Shown: in pieces, positions 61,110-64,000 of the stretch
Numbering within the stretch: position 1 is the first letter of the stretch
How the letters are laid out: the number at the start of each line of letters is the position of its first letter
Assembly (NCBI GenBank): GCA_963674945.2
Contig: CAXXWQ010000003.1
Span: forward strand, 1,632,001 to 1,696,000
Reading direction: 5' to 3'
DNA length: 64,000 bases
From: an uncultured Desulfosarcina sp.
GTDB lineage: Bacteria; Desulfobacterota; Desulfobacteria; Desulfobacterales; Desulfosarcinaceae
Program-made: the position numbers and the translations under genes
The notes under the pieces: generated by a model
Database searches by the model: none
Told to the model about the DNA's origin: nothing
The model's input: only the letters and a program-made list of their open reading frames with translations

Positions 61110-62090
61110 TCAACTCCTGACTTTCCTAAAATTTCTCCGTCCTACATCGATCAGAAAATTCCAAAATGAAGCCCGTGCCACGATTGCCGGTTCAAACTGA
61201 AAGGCAGTCATAAGAAAGTTAAGGCCTTGCTTTGGGCGTCCCTGATGCAAATGCCAAATCCCCTTGCCCAATGCCCGCACGGAAAATGCCGTTTTCACTG
61301 ATTTTTTCAACGTTCTGCAGTCGGGAATCCGATCTTTGTGTTGGTCAAGAATCATTTTGGAACCGATGTAATGTTCCTTTAAACCGGGAAGATTCAGCCC
61401 CTCCTCATCGTTAATGGCAGTGCTCGTCATCAGGCTGTGCAACCGATACTTCACCAGTCGCTCGCCAATGCAAGCCACATCATGGTGCAACATCATACGC
61501 ATCCACATTTCGCTGTCATTGACATTAACAAATTCTGGATTAAATCCACCCAATTCGCGGTAGCAATCTCGCCGAGCCATGACCGCACCGATAAAAACCG
61601 ATGCGCCGATGGGCATCTTGAGTATGTATTCTTCGAAAAACCGGCTGCCCTTTACGATATAGTCTCTATCTGCATCGAATTTCGTCAGTTCGAGCGGGGC
61701 ACCGTCTTGGTCAATGAATCCGACATCGGAATGGACAAAGCCGACAGATGGATTTTCGTCCAGGATGCGGACCTTTTTTTCCAAATTTTCCGGGAGCATG
61801 ATGTCATCGTGGTGTAAGATGTTCACATATTGTCCATCGGCAAGTTCCAAACTGCGATTGGCGTTTCCCACCAATCCCAAATTTTTTTCGTTGCAATGGT
61901 ACGTTATTCTTGGATCATCGAAACTGCGGACGACGTCAGCAGTATTGTCGGTGGAACAATTATCACACACAATAAGATTAAAGTTGGTATATGTCTGCGA
62001 TAATACGGATCGAATTGATTGAGCGATCAAACTAGCGCCATTATAGACAGGCATACAGACACTAACCTTCGATGTGCCGTCACTGGGCAT
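61110..62090 (-). CDS. Glycosyltransferase family 2
   Basis: SVCMPVYNG, DNCSTD, NLG..N and HHDD motifs. Confidence 0.9.
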   Translation of the reverse strand: MPSDGTSKVSVCMPVYNGASLIAQSIRSVLSQTYTNFNLIVCDNCSTDNTADVVRSFDDPRITYHCNEKNLGLVGNANRSLELADGQYVNILHHDDIMLPENLEKKVRILDENPSVGFVHSDVGFIDQDGAPLELTKFDADRDYIVKGSRFFEEYILKMPIGASVFIGAVMARRDCYRELGGFNPEFVNVNDSEMWMRMMLHHDVACIGERLVKYRLHSLMTSTAINDEEGLNLPGLKEHYIGSKMILDQHKDRIPDCRTLKKSVKTAFSVRALGKGIWHLHQGRPKQGLNFLMTAFQFEPAIVARASFWNFLIDVGRRNFRKVRS

Positions 62091-62129
62091 GAAACAGTAC
62101 TCCTTTCGGTGGACTGAACGGATTAGAAA

Positions 62130-62810
62130 TTATTGGATTTCACTGCGCAATTTAACGCCACGGGCGGGGGCACCCAAAGCGATCGTACCATCGGGAATAT
62201 CGGATGAGACGATGGAACCCGCACCGACGACTGCCCCCTTACCGATTCGTACACCGTCCAGGACAATCACTCCGAAACCCAACCAGGCATCATCCTCGAT
62301 CACGATACTTCCACGTGACGTCAAAGGCTGTTCCTGGATCAGTCGGTCCGGTGCCACGCCGTGATTATAGGGGTAAAAGGCGCAATTGGGCGCAATTTGC
62401 ACCTCGTCGCCGATGATGATGTCAGACTTGTAGGCTGACAATTGACACCGGGGATGGATGTGAGAGTTGCATCCGATGGAAATGGATCCGCCGGACCCGG
62501 TTTGAATATAATTATTATCATAAATATGAGCGCGTTCTTTTAGCCTCACTTCGCCGCCGCCCGGCGACTGAAAAATGACAACACCATCACCGATAAAAAT
62601 ATTGGGTCCCAATCGCAGATTCCGGTGATAAATTGTGGCGCTGGGAGAAATATAGCCCTTTGGGTTGTATTGGGCCAGGTATGCTCGTCCGTAATACGGA
62701 GCGGCGAACCAACAGGCCATGCGTGTTGAGAATCGACCAAAGATTCCCCTGCCTGCGAACTGCATCCAGAAACGTATCCAATAATGGGAAAGCTTATTTT
62801 TTGTTATCAT
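62130..62810 (-). CDS. Hexapeptide-repeat O-acetyltransferase
   Basis: LbH repeats, NH, IEDDAWLG, IGKGAVVGAGS and GAPAR. Confidence 0.9.
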   Translation of the reverse strand: MITKNKLSHYWIRFWMQFAGRGIFGRFSTRMACWFAAPYYGRAYLAQYNPKGYISPSATIYHRNLRLGPNIFIGDGVVIFQSPGGGEVRLKERAHIYDNNYIQTGSGGSISIGCNSHIHPRCQLSAYKSDIIIGDEVQIAPNCAFYPYNHGVAPDRLIQEQPLTSRGSIVIEDDAWLGFGVIVLDGVRIGKGAVVGAGSIVSSDIPDGTIALGAPARGVKLRSEIQ

Positions 62811-62852
62811 ATTATCGGTAAAAGCGGTGCGCCGATCGGACGACCCGAAAAC

Positions 62853-64000
62853 TCAATGGTTGCCATTGGCAGCCATTCGACTTCTTTTATCCGGGATTAG
62901 CTCATTTACAACGGCCTCGGCAACGTTCTGATAGACTTTCTTGTACTTTTCACGCGAATGGAAGGTGCGTGCATAATGCCATGCACTTTTTGCTCGTCGG
63001 TAAAGATCTTCCGAACTGCTGCATGCAATTCGTTTGACGGTATCCTTGATCTCGTCCATGGAGCTTTCCAGCAACATAAAACCGAAATCCTGAACCTGAA
63101 ATCCACTTTCACGACTGATGGCCGGGATTAAACCCGCCTGCATGCACGTGGCAACGGCACCGGCCTGACCTTCTGCGCAGGAAGGGTAAACCAAGGATGC
63201 ACATTGGTTCGTGGTTTTTACAAACTGGTCACTGGCGACATCAACCCATCCAAGGGTAGTTATATTATCCAACTGGTAAAGCTCGTGACGATAGAGGGTC
63301 TTAAAGTCTTGCTCATTTTCTATGGGGCCACAGACATATAATTTCAAATCGGGAAGCGAGGCAAAAACTTCCAATACCAAATCCAATCCTTTATTTACGA
63401 AGCCATCGCTTCCCATCCATAAAAAATTTGTACGAGCCATGTCAAAGTTCTTATCTTCCGGGAAAGGATAAGTTTTGCAGGTGGGAACAGGAAGTTGAAA
63501 AATGGTCTTACCCCCGTACTGATAAGTAGTGCTGGTCCATTCATTGCCGAGCAGCGTGGCGCAATCTGCAGACTCTATCGCCCAGTTTTGGTCGAGTACC
63601 TTTCTCATTTTAATTGTTGCCTTGCGCCTCTTCTGCAAGGATAGGTAACGGGTATAGGCGGCCTGGTTGTTAAACATCCAGTGTGACGTATCAAGATGGA
63701 CCACTTTGTAACAATCGTCGTTCAATCGATTGGCAATGATTTGAAAATTGGATCTTGCAGAAACAAAAAGGTCATATTTTCGCCTTGGCATGAAGGCATC
63801 ATTGCGATAATCGATAACATCCACAATGAATCCAAGGTCCCGATATGTTTGTCCGATGTGGTACGATTCCCAGAAATGGGTGTGTGAATTCAGGCTTTCA
63901 CGTTTATCGGAAAGAAACGGTTCGATTATATAAGCCAATAACACTCGCCCTCTTGGTCTTTCTGTGGGCTTTAATGATACAGACTTGAAGACGTTGGGGT
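62853..64000 (-). CDS. Glycosyltransferase (GT4-like); N-terminus lies beyond the window
   Basis: KGLDLVLEVF and PSCAEG motifs; the frame stays open to the window edge (PNVFKSVSLKP...). Confidence 0.8.
   Translation of the reverse strand, partial: PNVFKSVSLKPTERPRGRVLLAYIIEPFLSDKRESLNSHTHFWESYHIGQTYRDLGFIVDVIDYRNDAFMPRRKYDLFVSARSNFQIIANRLNDDCYKVVHLDTSHWMFNNQAAYTRYLSLQKRRKATIKMRKVLDQNWAIESADCATLLGNEWTSTTYQYGGKTIFQLPVPTCKTYPFPEDKNFDMARTNFLWMGSDGFVNKGLDLVLEVFASLPDLKLYVCGPIENEQDFKTLYRHELYQLDNITTLGWVDVASDQFVKTTNQCASLVYPSCAEGQAGAVATCMQAGLIPAISRESGFQVQDFGFMLLESSMDEIKDTVKRIACSSSEDLYRRAKSAWHYARTFHSREKYKKVYQNVAEAVVNELIPDKRSRMAANGNH

Overview
Bacterial chromosome segment whose gene content and repeats suggest a deltaproteobacterial sulfate reducer, probably Desulfobacterales; this taxonomy is inferred, not searched. 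Positions ~1-39000 are GC-rich core genome: partial epmA, an HDAC-family and a hydantoinase-family gene, hisS-aspS-lemA-TPM-TPM, an Omp85-type protein, FlhB-C/FliK-like genes, an Lhr helicase, yjgA, rlmD, acnA, a REC-REC-GGDEF cyclase, manA, queE-queC, a DUF1998 helicase fused to an exonuclease, a CNNM/CorC protein, efp, a PRAI-like protein and a gamma-carbonic anhydrase. Two families of ~100-150 bp palindromic intergenic repeats are scattered through this part. Positions ~39100-64000 are an AT-rich, minus-strand, Wzy-type exopolysaccharide locus with two sigma-54-like promoters and an intact IS1380-family element that clips the 3' end of a glycosyltransferase gene. No rRNA, tRNA, CRISPR array or prophage was recognised. 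I found no single clearly novel system. The best leads are the hydantoinase-HDAC-epmA gene string, a duplicated Lhr 3' end, the helicase-exonuclease fusion, several apparent pseudo-enzymes, the structured repeats and a separately promoted secreted protein in the EPS locus.
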